IMG/VR virus record: IMGVR_UViG_3300030098_002339
Span: 1-64,000 of that record
DNA length: 64,000 nucleotides
Strand: one strand, 5' to 3'
DNA from: a virus
The notes below the pieces were generated by a model. It was not told where the DNA came from, ran no database searches, and saw only the letters and a list, made by a program, of their open reading frames with translations. The position numbers and the translations under genes are program-made. Shown piece after piece: positions 10,034 through 20,400 of this stretch (the stretch's first letter is position 1; the number at the start of each line of letters is the position of its first letter).

Positions 10034-10705
10034 ATGAGCAAATCAGAAAAAAGAAATATACAAATAGTAGCCGAAACAGAATCTAAATATTTAACTAAAA
10101 TATTAGATCAACAAGATGTTAAAGAATTTAAGAAACTTATTCCTGAATTAAAAGATACTTGGAAAAAGAAACAAATGTTTCGTACAGAAACTGAAATGAG
10201 ATTTTCTGTATTATCAGACAATAAGTATCCAACTAAAGCTGCAAAGTATTGGCAATCAGTTAGAGAACAAAATACTCATTTTGAAAATCTTATGCATTTA
10301 TCTTTTGATGCTAGAAAAAACGCAGTAGAAATTAAAAAGTTAGAGAAAAAAATAGAACAAGAAAAAGACAAACTAGAAAGAGAATTGCTAGAAATAGAAT
10401 TAGAACAAAAGATCTATAATCAAGCAAGTATGGAATTAGTTGCTAAACATAGAATGAGAGAAGTAGCAACTTGGTCTAAACTTAAAAAAGAGTTTGATGA
10501 TGGAAACTTTGATAAAGAAAATGTAAATACTCATCAAGCTGATTCTTACATGTTAAGATTACAACATCAAAAAGATACACTAACACCAGGATCTTCCCAA
10601 CCTGAAGTCTTTAATGTTCTTGGTCAATTACATACTTTAGAAAGAGTTAGAAAATCAGGCGAGTTATTACCTAAAGGGAAAGAGAAAAAGAAACTTGCAA
10701 AATGA
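10034..10705 (+). CDS. coiled-coil protein heading the oxygenase cassette
   Basis: KQMFRT.TEM.FSVL.D.KYPT.AAKYWQ motif conserved with 54373; E/K-rich helix. Confidence 0.8.
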   Translation: MSKSEKRNIQIVAETESKYLTKILDQQDVKEFKKLIPELKDTWKKKQMFRTETEMRFSVLSDNKYPTKAAKYWQSVREQNTHFENLMHLSFDARKNAVEIKKLEKKIEQEKDKLERELLEIELEQKIYNQASMELVAKHRMREVATWSKLKKEFDDGNFDKENVNTHQADSYMLRLQHQKDTLTPGSSQPEVFNVLGQLHTLERVRKSGELLPKGKEKKKLAK

Positions 10706-11361
10706 ATTTCGACTTTGTCTATTTAGGACAAACTGTTCTCAAGTATCAAGTACCTCAAGAAGTCTTTAATTATTTACAAAAGTTATACGAAGTTCAAAAG
10801 AAACAATTACCTAAAGCTAATAAACAATTAGTTGGTAAAATTAAAGATGAAGTTTCATTGTATTATTCAGGTAAAGATTCTGAAAAAATGCATAGACATA
10901 ATTTTGTTTCTGAAGATGTATTAAAATGGTTTTATACTATTTTTAAACATTATTTAGATTGGAATAAAGTTCGTGAATATAATATAAAAATTAACTCTAT
11001 TTGGGTTAATGAAATGAAAGCTCACGAATATAATCCAGTACATATTCATCAAGGTATGTTATATACGGGTTTATCATCTGTAATGATTTTGAAATTACCA
11101 AAAGATTATGGTAAAGAATATTCAGCAGAAGAAAAACCAATGAATGGTAGATTACAAATTATTGGAGCATCAGCAGGGCAATTTGCTAAAACTGATTATT
11201 CTCCAAATATGCAAGTAGGAGATTTCTATATCTTTCCTTATGACATGAGGCATTGCGTTTATCCATTTAATAGAACAAAAGAAAAACGTAGAACATTAGT
11301 TTGTAATGTAGATGTAGATTATAATCCAGTTTCTTCAAGAACAGCAGAGGGATTTAAATGA
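10702..11361 (+). CDS. 2OG-Fe(II) oxygenase (HxH type)
   Basis: WVN...YNPVHIH...IFP...HCVYPF...RRTL. Confidence 0.85.
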   Translation: MNFDFVYLGQTVLKYQVPQEVFNYLQKLYEVQKKQLPKANKQLVGKIKDEVSLYYSGKDSEKMHRHNFVSEDVLKWFYTIFKHYLDWNKVREYNIKINSIWVNEMKAHEYNPVHIHQGMLYTGLSSVMILKLPKDYGKEYSAEEKPMNGRLQIIGASAGQFAKTDYSPNMQVGDFYIFPYDMRHCVYPFNRTKEKRRTLVCNVDVDYNPVSSRTAEGFK

Positions 11362-11942
11362 TTCCTTTGATGCCTAGATGGCAGTCTTATATTGCTACAA
11401 CAACTGGAGCTATGTTTACACCTGAACAATGTAAACTAATTATACAAGCTGGTCATCGACAAAAACCTGAACAGGCTAAAGTTGGTGGAGGCAAGGGCGG
11501 TAAACAAGATACTAAGAAACGAGTTACAACTATATCTTGGATACCTTTTGCTAAAATGCCAGAGATGTATAAAGTAATAGAAAATCAATTATCTATCGTT
11601 AATTTAAATCACTTTGGTTTTGATGGAATAAAATTAACAGAACCTGCTCAATTTACTGAGTATCCTAAAAGAGGTTTTTATGATTGGCACATGGATTTAA
11701 ATGCTTTTGGTCAAACAGGTGAACATCCTATTCGTAAAATATCCATGACTTGTTTGTTATCAGATCCTTCTGAATTTACTGGAGGAGATCTTGCATTTGA
11801 AGAACATGCTAATAACAAAATACAATTAAAACAAGGTCAAGCAATATTCTTTGCTTCCTTTATGAAACACCGAGTAGAACCTGTTAAAAAGGGAATTAGA
11901 AGATCTCTCGTTATGTGGTTTGGTGGTCCACCTTTTAAATGA
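11358..11942 (+). CDS. 2OG-Fe(II) oxygenase, prolyl-4-hydroxylase/PKHD-like
   Basis: YDWHMD, RKISMT, GGDL, HRVEPV..G.RRSLVMW. Confidence 0.9.
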   Translation: MIPLMPRWQSYIATTTGAMFTPEQCKLIIQAGHRQKPEQAKVGGGKGGKQDTKKRVTTISWIPFAKMPEMYKVIENQLSIVNLNHFGFDGIKLTEPAQFTEYPKRGFYDWHMDLNAFGQTGEHPIRKISMTCLLSDPSEFTGGDLAFEEHANNKIQLKQGQAIFFASFMKHRVEPVKKGIRRSLVMWFGGPPFK

Positions 11943-12553
11943 AGCGAGAAATATTATTTCCAACTCCAATGTATTGGAAAGATATACCTCACGCTAAAGA
12001 ACTTAATAAATACTTATTTAAACACATTAAGGCTTGGTATAAACAAGATATAAAAAAAGGTAGATCTACAGGAGAGTTTAAAACTAATTCAGGTTTTGGT
12101 TGGCATAGTTCAACTGACATGAATGACAAAAAAGAATATCAACCTTTAATACAAGAACTGTTTAAAATGGCAGAAGAATGTAATAAAGATTATGGTGTTC
12201 AACCTAAGTTAGGTTTAGGTAATATGTGGGCTAATATCAATCCTACATATAGTTATAATAAAACCCATACACATCCTAATTCATTATGGTCTGGAGTTTA
12301 TTATATTAAAGTACCTAAAAATTCTGGTAAATTATTTTTAGAAGATCCAAGACCAGGACCTAATACGCATATGCCAAAACGTGTAGATAATTTACCTAAA
12401 GAACTTTGGAGAGTTGTAGCTTACGAAGCTAAAGAAGGTAGAATGATATTTTTTCCATCTTGGCAACCTCATGGTGTTGATATTAATATGAACACAGATA
12501 AAGGTGAAAAGAATTGGAGAATATCTGTTTCTTATAACTTTATACAAGTATGA
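11939..12553 (+). CDS. 2OG-Fe(II) oxygenase (TIGR02466-like)
   Basis: MWANIN...HTHPNS.WSGVYY...FPSW.PHGV...RISVSYN. Confidence 0.9.
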   Translation: MKREILFPTPMYWKDIPHAKELNKYLFKHIKAWYKQDIKKGRSTGEFKTNSGFGWHSSTDMNDKKEYQPLIQELFKMAEECNKDYGVQPKLGLGNMWANINPTYSYNKTHTHPNSLWSGVYYIKVPKNSGKLFLEDPRPGPNTHMPKRVDNLPKELWRVVAYEAKEGRMIFFPSWQPHGVDINMNTDKGEKNWRISVSYNFIQV

Positions 12554-13194
12554 GTTTTAAAACTAAAAAGTATCAAGTTATTAAACAAGCTATATCAAAA
12601 GATTTAGCTAATTTTGTTTTTAACTATATGCTTTTGCAAGAATCAGCAGTAGATCTTATGTTAAAACATAATAAGATTAATCCTGCTAATCCTTTAATAG
12701 GTAGCTGGACAGATAAACAAGTACCAGGTGCTTATTCTAAATATGGTGATTGGGTTATGGAAACCTTATTATTATATGTTATGCCTATTATGAAAGCTAA
12801 AACTGGATTAGATTTAATACCTACTTATTCATATACAAGGATTTATAGAAAAGGTAGTATATTAAAAAGGCATAAAGATAGACCTAGTTGTGAGATTTCT
12901 ACAACATTACATTTAGGTGGAGATCCCTGGTCTATATTTATAGACCCTACTGGAAGTGATAATGTTATTGATGAATATAAAAATATTCACAAACCTGGTG
13001 CACCTAAAGGTGTACAAGTTGATTTAAAACAAGGTGATATGTTAATATATTCAGGATGTGAGCTTGAACATTGGAGAAAGCCATTTAAAGGTAATGTATG
13101 TTCACAAGTGTTCTTACATTATAATCATGCAAATGGTAAGTTTGCTCAGTCTAATTTATACGATAAAAGACCTATATTAGGAGTTACAAAATGA
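12550..13194 (+). CDS. 2OG-Fe(II) oxygenase-like protein
   Basis: PTYSY.RIY, LKRHKDRPSCEISTT, GD.LIY.GC.LEHWR, QVFLHY. Confidence 0.85.
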   Translation: MSFKTKKYQVIKQAISKDLANFVFNYMLLQESAVDLMLKHNKINPANPLIGSWTDKQVPGAYSKYGDWVMETLLLYVMPIMKAKTGLDLIPTYSYTRIYRKGSILKRHKDRPSCEISTTLHLGGDPWSIFIDPTGSDNVIDEYKNIHKPGAPKGVQVDLKQGDMLIYSGCELEHWRKPFKGNVCSQVFLHYNHANGKFAQSNLYDKRPILGVTK

Positions 13195-13418
13195 AACAAA
13201 TATTAATAGCATTACAAAAGTTATATGAGTCAAAAGTATTAGAAGCAGATCATCAGATTAAATTATATAGTAATCAATCTTCTGCTGTAAACGAACATTC
13301 AGATTTAGCAAAAGAATTAGATAAATGGATTACTATTAAATCTGATAATGAAGGAAAGTTAAGACAAGTTTTAACTTATATTCCTAAAGAATCTAATACT
13401 AAAAAAGATGGCAAATAA
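13191..13418 (+). CDS. small helical hypothetical protein
   Basis: ATGA overlap; homolog at 58259. Confidence 0.75.
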   Translation: MKQILIALQKLYESKVLEADHQIKLYSNQSSAVNEHSDLAKELDKWITIKSDNEGKLRQVLTYIPKESNTKKDGK

Positions 13419-13734
13419 TTATAAATTTACAGGTGTAGCATTAGCTACATCATCTGAAACAACTCTATTAACTGCAGCTGCTGATACAACTGTAGTTATT
13501 AGATCTATTAGAGTTACTAATAATACTTCTAATACACCTACAATATCGTTAGATGTAGCAGACAATTCTGCAAGTGCTGAATATACTATTTTAAGAACAC
13601 AGACACTTTCAGCTAATACTGCAGTAGAATTATTATCAGTACCTTTAATCCTAGAAGAATCTGATGCATTAAAAGCAACAATGAGCTCAACAGATTCAAC
13701 ACATATAGGAATAAGTTACTTGGTTATTTCATGA
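13408..13734 (+). CDS. small beta-rich putative virion protein
   Basis: MANNYK...LEESDALKA; near-identical homolog at 58479. Confidence 0.7.
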   Translation: MANNYKFTGVALATSSETTLLTAAADTTVVIRSIRVTNNTSNTPTISLDVADNSASAEYTILRTQTLSANTAVELLSVPLILEESDALKATMSSTDSTHIGISYLVIS

Positions 13735-14162
13735 TCCAATTAGTTAATATACCTCCAGAAAGTGTAAGTAAGGCTTGGGGTATAGTAAAAGCTGACATCG
13801 CAAACGCATTAGCTAGATCTAATGGATATGCTTTAGCAGATCATATACTAAAATGGATTAACGAAAAGAAAATGCAACTATGGATTCTTTGGGATCCTGA
13901 GGCAGAAAATAACAAGTATTATGGAGTCGTAGTGACTGAAATAATACAAAGACCATTACAAAAATGTCTAAACATAAAAATTATGACAGGTAGACATCGT
14001 GAAAAATGGCAACATTTAATTAAACATATAGAAGACTTTGCTTGGCAACAAAATTGCGATTTACTCGAATTAGTTGCTAGACCTGGGTGGAAGAAAATTC
14101 TGAAACCTTTTGGTTATAGGGAAAGTCACGTACTATTAGAAAAGAAAAAGGAGAACAAATAA
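13731..14162 (+). CDS. GNAT-fold-like virion assembly protein
   Basis: QLW...VTE...C..LE..ARPGWKKIL..FGY pattern; lies just before the ejection genes. Confidence 0.55.
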   Translation: MIQLVNIPPESVSKAWGIVKADIANALARSNGYALADHILKWINEKKMQLWILWDPEAENNKYYGVVVTEIIQRPLQKCLNIKIMTGRHREKWQHLIKHIEDFAWQQNCDLLELVARPGWKKILKPFGYRESHVLLEKKKENK

Positions 14163-14163
14163 T

Positions 14164-14922
14164 ATGTCAATCGGAGGCGGAGGAAGTGGTGGCGGAACAG
14201 CTACTACAACAACAGCGGCACAACCTTATGGAGCAGCAGAACCTGCATTAGGTCAAATTATATCTGAAGCAGGTACAATATATGGTCAAGGACCAACTGC
14301 AGCAGGATACGTGCCACCAACAACACAAACTTTAGAAGGGATAGCAGCACAAGAACAAATGGCAAACGCTGCTAACCAGCAAATATTAGGCACTATACAG
14401 GGTAACTACACTAATCCTTTTTTATCTCCTTTGATTAGTCAAGCTGCTCAAGATGTATATTCTAATGTTGCAGGTCAATTTTCTGGAATGGGTAGAACAC
14501 CTACAAGCCCTATGGCACAACAAGCTGTAATAGGTCAAGTAGCACAAAAGGCTTTGCCTTATGCATTCCAATCATTAGAAAGAGAAAGAGCTAGACAATT
14601 AGGTGCTGCACAAGCTGTGCCAAGTTTAACTGCTGTAGGCGGAGCTCTTGAAGATATTTCTAGACAACAACAAATGGCTCCACAACAAGCATTAGCTCAG
14701 TATTACAATACTATAGCTCCAATTGCTTATGGGTTGCCACAACAACAAGCAACACAAACTACACCTAGAGCTAATCCTTTAGGAACAGCTGCTGGAGGAG
14801 CACTCTCTGGAGCTGCTTTAGGCAATTTAGCAGGCAATGCTTTAAGTATTGGTGGATTAACTGGCGGACCAGCAGGAGCATTATTAGGTGCTGGGTTTGG
14901 ATTATTAGGAGGATTATTATAA
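14164..14922 (+). CDS. ejection/internal virion protein (small)
   Basis: MSIGGGG start, Q/A-rich, hydrophobic G/A/L C-terminus. Confidence 0.65.
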   Translation: MSIGGGGSGGGTATTTTAAQPYGAAEPALGQIISEAGTIYGQGPTAAGYVPPTTQTLEGIAAQEQMANAANQQILGTIQGNYTNPFLSPLISQAAQDVYSNVAGQFSGMGRTPTSPMAQQAVIGQVAQKALPYAFQSLERERARQLGAAQAVPSLTAVGGALEDISRQQQMAPQQALAQYYNTIAPIAYGLPQQQATQTTPRANPLGTAAGGALSGAALGNLAGNALSIGGLTGGPAGALLGAGFGLLGGLL

Positions 14923-15020
14923 TGGATAAATTAATACACGAAGTAAAACACTATTGGGAACATCATAAAAAAGTAGTTATTGGTATTGGTGTTATTATAG
15001 TTATAGCTATTATTATATAA
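14922..15020 (+). CDS. 32-aa membrane peptide (not in ORF track)
   Basis: MDKLIHEVKHYWEHHKKVVIGIGVIIVIAIII; same-length homolog at 59972. Confidence 0.75.
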   Translation: MDKLIHEVKHYWEHHKKVVIGIGVIIVIAIII

Positions 15021-15029
15021 GGAGTATAA

Positions 15030-15965
15030 ATGTCAGGAAGTAGTGGCGGATCAGCTGGAGACTCAGCAGCAGAAGCAGCAAATTTTCAAGATTACGAATC
15101 AGATGCATATAATGTAACTGCAGGATCTACAGGTCATCCAACAATGACTGGTGATTCTAATCAAACAAATTGGAGTGAATCAGATGATTTGGAATCTGTT
15201 TTTTCAGATACACCTTCTGCACCTGAACCTGAAACTTATTCTGCACCACCAGCAAGTAGTTATGAAGGATTAGATCGTGAACAAGAAACTGAATTAGATC
15301 AAGAACATTATCAAGATTGGGTAAAAGAAACTCAATATCCTCAATATGATGGTACTGAAGATCTTGAACAAGAAAGAGAAAAAGATATAGATTTTGCTGT
15401 TGAAAAAGGTTTAATTACTGTTGATCCAAATACTGGAGAACAATCTCCAGGACCAAATGTTAGAAATGATGAAGGTATTATTGTTTCAAAAGATGATCCA
15501 AGTGTAAAACAAAATTTAACTTGGAAAGAACATTGGGATGCTAGACCTGATATTATTAAATGGTCTCCAACATTAAGTATTTTATGGGCTACTGGTAAAA
15601 ATGTATCAGAATTTTTAGGTAGTAATAATGTAAGACAAAGTGATTTTGGTATTGATAATACACAAGATGAAAGCGGAGATGGAGATTCAGTACAAAATAC
15701 ATCTAGTAATAGCCAAACACAATTTATTGCTTCTGGTAATACACAACCAAGTAATTCTGTTGCTTCTAATTGGTATCAATCTTTAGGACAAAATACTGTG
15801 AGTGGACAAGGTAATGCATTTAATTTAGCTACAGAATATGCAGCTGCAAAATCAAGAGTAGCACAAAGACTAGGAACACCTAGTGCAATAGGATGGACAG
15901 CAGTAAATGATAGTCCATTTTACAATTTTTTAAAAACAAATAATTTAGACAGGGGAATATTATAA
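15030..15965 (+). CDS. putative internal virion protein with acidic low-complexity N-terminus
   Basis: aaggag RBS; C-terminus (AVNDSPF..FL) conserved with 60082. Confidence 0.65.
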   Translation: MSGSSGGSAGDSAAEAANFQDYESDAYNVTAGSTGHPTMTGDSNQTNWSESDDLESVFSDTPSAPEPETYSAPPASSYEGLDREQETELDQEHYQDWVKETQYPQYDGTEDLEQEREKDIDFAVEKGLITVDPNTGEQSPGPNVRNDEGIIVSKDDPSVKQNLTWKEHWDARPDIIKWSPTLSILWATGKNVSEFLGSNNVRQSDFGIDNTQDESGDGDSVQNTSSNSQTQFIASGNTQPSNSVASNWYQSLGQNTVSGQGNAFNLATEYAAAKSRVAQRLGTPSAIGWTAVNDSPFYNFLKTNNLDRGIL

Positions 15966-16972
15966 TGGCAGGAATGTTTGATATATTTAAATGGGGAATG
16001 AAACCTCCTACTACACTAGGAGGATACGCTGGAGACATAGAAGGAGAAGCTCAAATGCCTTCTATGATTGGTCAACAAATTACAAAATCTCAAGGTGGTC
16101 CAATTCCTATACCACAACAAAATCAAGGAGCATTACAGCCAAATGCACAAGGAGCAAATATTACAATGGCTGATGGTGCATCATTAGCTAAATGGGCTGG
16201 ATTAGATCTTAAACAACTTGAAAGAAATTGGAAAAACAAAGGTGGCTTTGAAGGATTAATGGCAAACCCAGCATTCAGTTTAGGCTTGGCAATGATTCAA
16301 TCATCAGCTCAAGGTAAAAGAATTGACGAAGCATTAATGAATAACTTTGTTAAAGCTGCAGGTATTTCTGCACAATTTAAAGATAGAATAGAAGCTAGAA
16401 AACAAGCTCCTATTCAAGCAACACAAGCTGATATAGCAGAAGTTAAAGATTTACTTAAAAACGTTAGAGTTGATGCACCTAATATATGGGAAAAAGTAGG
16501 TAATTGGGTTACAACTGGTAAAACTGGACAAGCTGCATTTGATGAAGCAGCTGAAGCTATTGCTATTGAATATCAAAAAGAAATAGCACTTATGCAGAAA
16601 AATAACAAAACAGGAAAACCTCTTGTTATTGATACTGCAATGAAGAAAAAAATTATTAGAAAAGTTCTTAAATCAGGTAAAATTAAACATAAAAAAGGAT
16701 GGTTTGGTCCATTAACTAAAGGAACAATTACCGCTACATCTGAAGATCCTTTTAGAGCTAAAGGTGGTCCAGTTAGAGCTGGTAAACCTTATATAGTTGG
16801 AGAAAAAGGACCAGAAGTAGTTATTCCAAGACAATCAGGTAAAGTTGTATCTAATGATGATGCTAGAATATTTGCTATGTTATTAGCAGCTAATCCACAA
16901 TTACAAAAGGTATCTAAAGCTAGAGCTGAAAAGATTATTAGAGCTAGATTTCCTGAATATTTTGAGGTGTAA
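15965..16972 (+). CDS. putative internal virion/ejection protein
   Basis: RAKGGPV..GKPYIVGEKGPE motif; homolog at 61022. Confidence 0.65.
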   Translation: MAGMFDIFKWGMKPPTTLGGYAGDIEGEAQMPSMIGQQITKSQGGPIPIPQQNQGALQPNAQGANITMADGASLAKWAGLDLKQLERNWKNKGGFEGLMANPAFSLGLAMIQSSAQGKRIDEALMNNFVKAAGISAQFKDRIEARKQAPIQATQADIAEVKDLLKNVRVDAPNIWEKVGNWVTTGKTGQAAFDEAAEAIAIEYQKEIALMQKNNKTGKPLVIDTAMKKKIIRKVLKSGKIKHKKGWFGPLTKGTITATSEDPFRAKGGPVRAGKPYIVGEKGPEVVIPRQSGKVVSNDDARIFAMLLAANPQLQKVSKARAEKIIRARFPEYFEV

Positions 16973-17482
16973 ATGATTAAAAGAATTATAATAAAAGGAT
17001 TTAGTAAGAAGTTTAAAGGAGTTCAAAAACTACCTGCACAAAAATCACCTAAGTTTAAACCTGATCCAGGTGAAGCTGCAACTAAAGAGTTTACTAAAAA
17101 GTTTGGTGAAAAACCTCAATTTATGGGTTTTAGTGAAAGAGCATCTACAAGTATGGCTGCTGAAAGTTTAGCTATGAAAACAGCTGAAAAAAAATTCTTT
17201 AAAATATTACCTAAAGAATTAGGTAGATCTAGAGCTAGAACTGCTACAGGTATTAAAGAAATAAGACAAACTAAAAAAGTACCTAAAATTAAAATATTTC
17301 GTGCAAAGCAAAAAGGTGCAATGAAAGCATACACAACTGCTACTAAAAAAAGTGATACTGTTTTTGAAAGAACTGTACAAAAGTTTAGTGGTCAACAAAA
17401 AGCATCTCCATTTAAAACAACAACAAAAAGAGCTGTTAAGAAATTTGTTTCTAAAGAACAGAAAAAAACTTGGGGGTTCTAA
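16973..17482 (+). CDS. highly basic hypothetical protein
   Basis: gagg RBS; very Lys-rich. Confidence 0.7.
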   Translation: MIKRIIIKGFSKKFKGVQKLPAQKSPKFKPDPGEAATKEFTKKFGEKPQFMGFSERASTSMAAESLAMKTAEKKFFKILPKELGRSRARTATGIKEIRQTKKVPKIKIFRAKQKGAMKAYTTATKKSDTVFERTVQKFSGQQKASPFKTTTKRAVKKFVSKEQKKTWGF

Positions 17483-17488
17483 TACCTC

Positions 17489-20400
17489 ATGGCTAACGAT
17501 TTTAACATTAACGAATTTAAATTAAGAGACCCAGTACGTAGTATTCCTGATGGTTTGAAAGAACCTATCAAAGATAAAACGCCTGGGTTTTTTCAATCCT
17601 TACGTAGTCCTTACGATCTTTGGTTAGAGGAATCTTTACCAGCATCACTTTATCAATGGATGACTGGCAATACCAAAAAGAAACAAGCACAAGAAGCATT
17701 AGAGTATATTCGTAATAATCCTCAAGATAAAGAATCTAGAATATATAAAGAAGCTGAACGTAAACTAAATAGATTTGGTTATCTTTTAGATGATGGACCA
17801 ATGCATGTAGACTTTAAAGAAGTTGGTAACATGATTAAGTCTAATCCTAAACTATTTGGTGCAGAGCTTGTTAATATGATTATGGCAGATCCTTGGCTTT
17901 TATTTATGCCTTTAGGATGGGGTAGACTAGGTAGAGGTGTAGTCAATGGTATTAGATTAAAAAGAGCTAAAGGTCTTACTTTATCTAAAGTATCTAGAGA
18001 TAGAGCTAAAGTTATGTCAGATCTTAAAGTAGGAACTGCAGCTACACTTGGAGTACCATTTGCATTTTCTACAACATGGCAATTAGGTGAAAAAGCAGAA
18101 GTAGATCCTAAAAGAACTACAGTAGAAACTACTATAGGAGCTACAGCAGGAGCTATATTTTCAGTAGGATTTGCAGGAGCTGGTGAGTTAGCTAGAAGAA
18201 TGACTCGAATACCTAGAATTAGAGCTAACCAAGCAGTACAAAAAGTTTTAGAAAAACACAAACTAACTCCTGAAAAGTTAGTAGATTTTAATGAACAAGG
18301 TATTTATCGTTCAGTTGATGATCTAATAAACGAGATTAGAAAACAACAAAGAATTATAAGTGATCCTAAAAAGTTTGAAGTAATCAAAGCAGATATAACT
18401 GCAGCTTTAAGAACTCTTAATGAAAATGGAAAAGATATGGCTTTCAATACTGCTCTTAAAAGAGGAGCATCTATTGGAGCTATTTTTGGTACAGCACAAT
18501 TCCTTACAGCAGATGACGATAAACTATTAGCAACAGCTAAAGGTTTTGGTGTAGGTGCAGCTATATATACTGGTGCAAGATTGTTTGGTAAACAATTAAA
18601 GAAAGCACCTAAAGAATTTGATGAAGCAGCATTATCAGGTGAAGCTGCATTAGATGCTATGAAAATGAGTACAGTTAAATTGAACTCAGCAGCACAAGAA
18701 TTATCTAATACTATTAAACGATCTATACCTGATGCAATTGATTCAAGAAGAAGAATATTCTATTATCTTACTAAAGCCAAAGTACATCCCAAAACATTTA
18801 AATACAATCCTAAATTCAAACCTATAGCAGCTAACAGTTTAACTAAAGCTGAATTAAATGGAGCTAAAAGTATTGAGAAAGTATTTAATGAATATTACAA
18901 AATATTTGGAGATGAAGGTAGATTAGTCTTTAACAAAAGAGCTAATTATTTACCATTACTTTGGAACGAATATAATCCTAAATACCAACCATTTAGATTT
19001 ATTAAGGATTTTGATAGCCCAGTAGTTACTGGTCCATCAGCTAAATTTCAATTTGCTAAGCGTGGTATGTTTGGAGATATTAACCATGGATTACAAAGAA
19101 ATTATACTATTCGTAAAGGTATGGATGATCCTGCGGAACTTGTTAGAATCTATGGATTTGCAGCAGGTAAAGCATTAGCAACTAGATCATTAATTACTAA
19201 TTTAGAAAGAACAAGTATTAATCAAAGACCACTCTTAATTAGAAACAACATCAAAAAAACTTTTGATGAACAAAATTATACAGAGTTTAAACATCCATAT
19301 TTTGCTGATCAGGGTGAGACTGCTTTAATTCATAAAGGAATGGTTAATTCTTTAAGAATGGTATTTGATGCAGCTGATGAAGGTGCTTTTATGGGAGCAC
19401 TCTTTACAACTAACTTGATGATGAAAAGATTAGCTGTAGGATTTTCATTCTTTCATGCTGGTGCATTAGTTGAATCTTTATGGTTTGCTGGTGCTAAATG
19501 GAATAACATTAAAAAGATATTAGATCCAAGAGCTAAACCAGAAATTTTAAGTTCTATAAGAGATCCTAAAGCATATATTAAAGATTATGACCATGCTATT
19601 ACACAGCTTAGAACTCATGGTTACGAGGATGTTGTAAGGTTTGGTCAAGGGTCTGGATTACAAATATCAATCCCTGAAGACGTTGGCTTTGATAGATTTT
19701 ATTATAACATAAGAGGTGTTGACACATTTCTTAAAAGACATTTCGGTATATCTACAGGCGGGAAAGTAGAAGATGTATTTAGATGGTTTGATAGAATTAC
19801 TTGGGATAGAGTATTTACTGCAGCTAAACTACATACATTCTTAACTGTATTAGATCAGCCTACTCTAATGAGAGCTCCTAATAATTTAAGATTAATGCCT
19901 GGTGATACCCAGTCAGTTATTTATCGTAAAGCTACACAAGCAGCACAGTTTACAAATGATGCTTTTGGTGGACAAAACTGGGAACAAATAGCGAACAGAA
20001 TACAAACACCTACTATTAAAAGAATGATGCAAACTACGTTTGCTCCAGGATCTAGAGGATATATGCAATTACTACTCTTTGCTCCTGACTGGACAATATC
20101 AAATGTAAGAATTATTGCTAAGTCATTACCTTCATTTGAATCTGATCCAGCTTTAAGAAGGATGTATCAATATTATTTTGCAAGAGCTGCATTAACATAC
20201 GCAGCTGCAGGATCTGCACTAAACTATATATTTAGTGGACATTCAATATTAGAGAATACAGATCCAACAAGAATTGACTTAGGAGATGGTCAAGTATTGA
20301 CTTTTTCTAAACAGTTAATGGAACCTTTCCATTGGATAACAGCTCCACAAAGTACTGGTCTTAAAAAGATAGGATCATTACCTAGAACTACAATAGAAGT

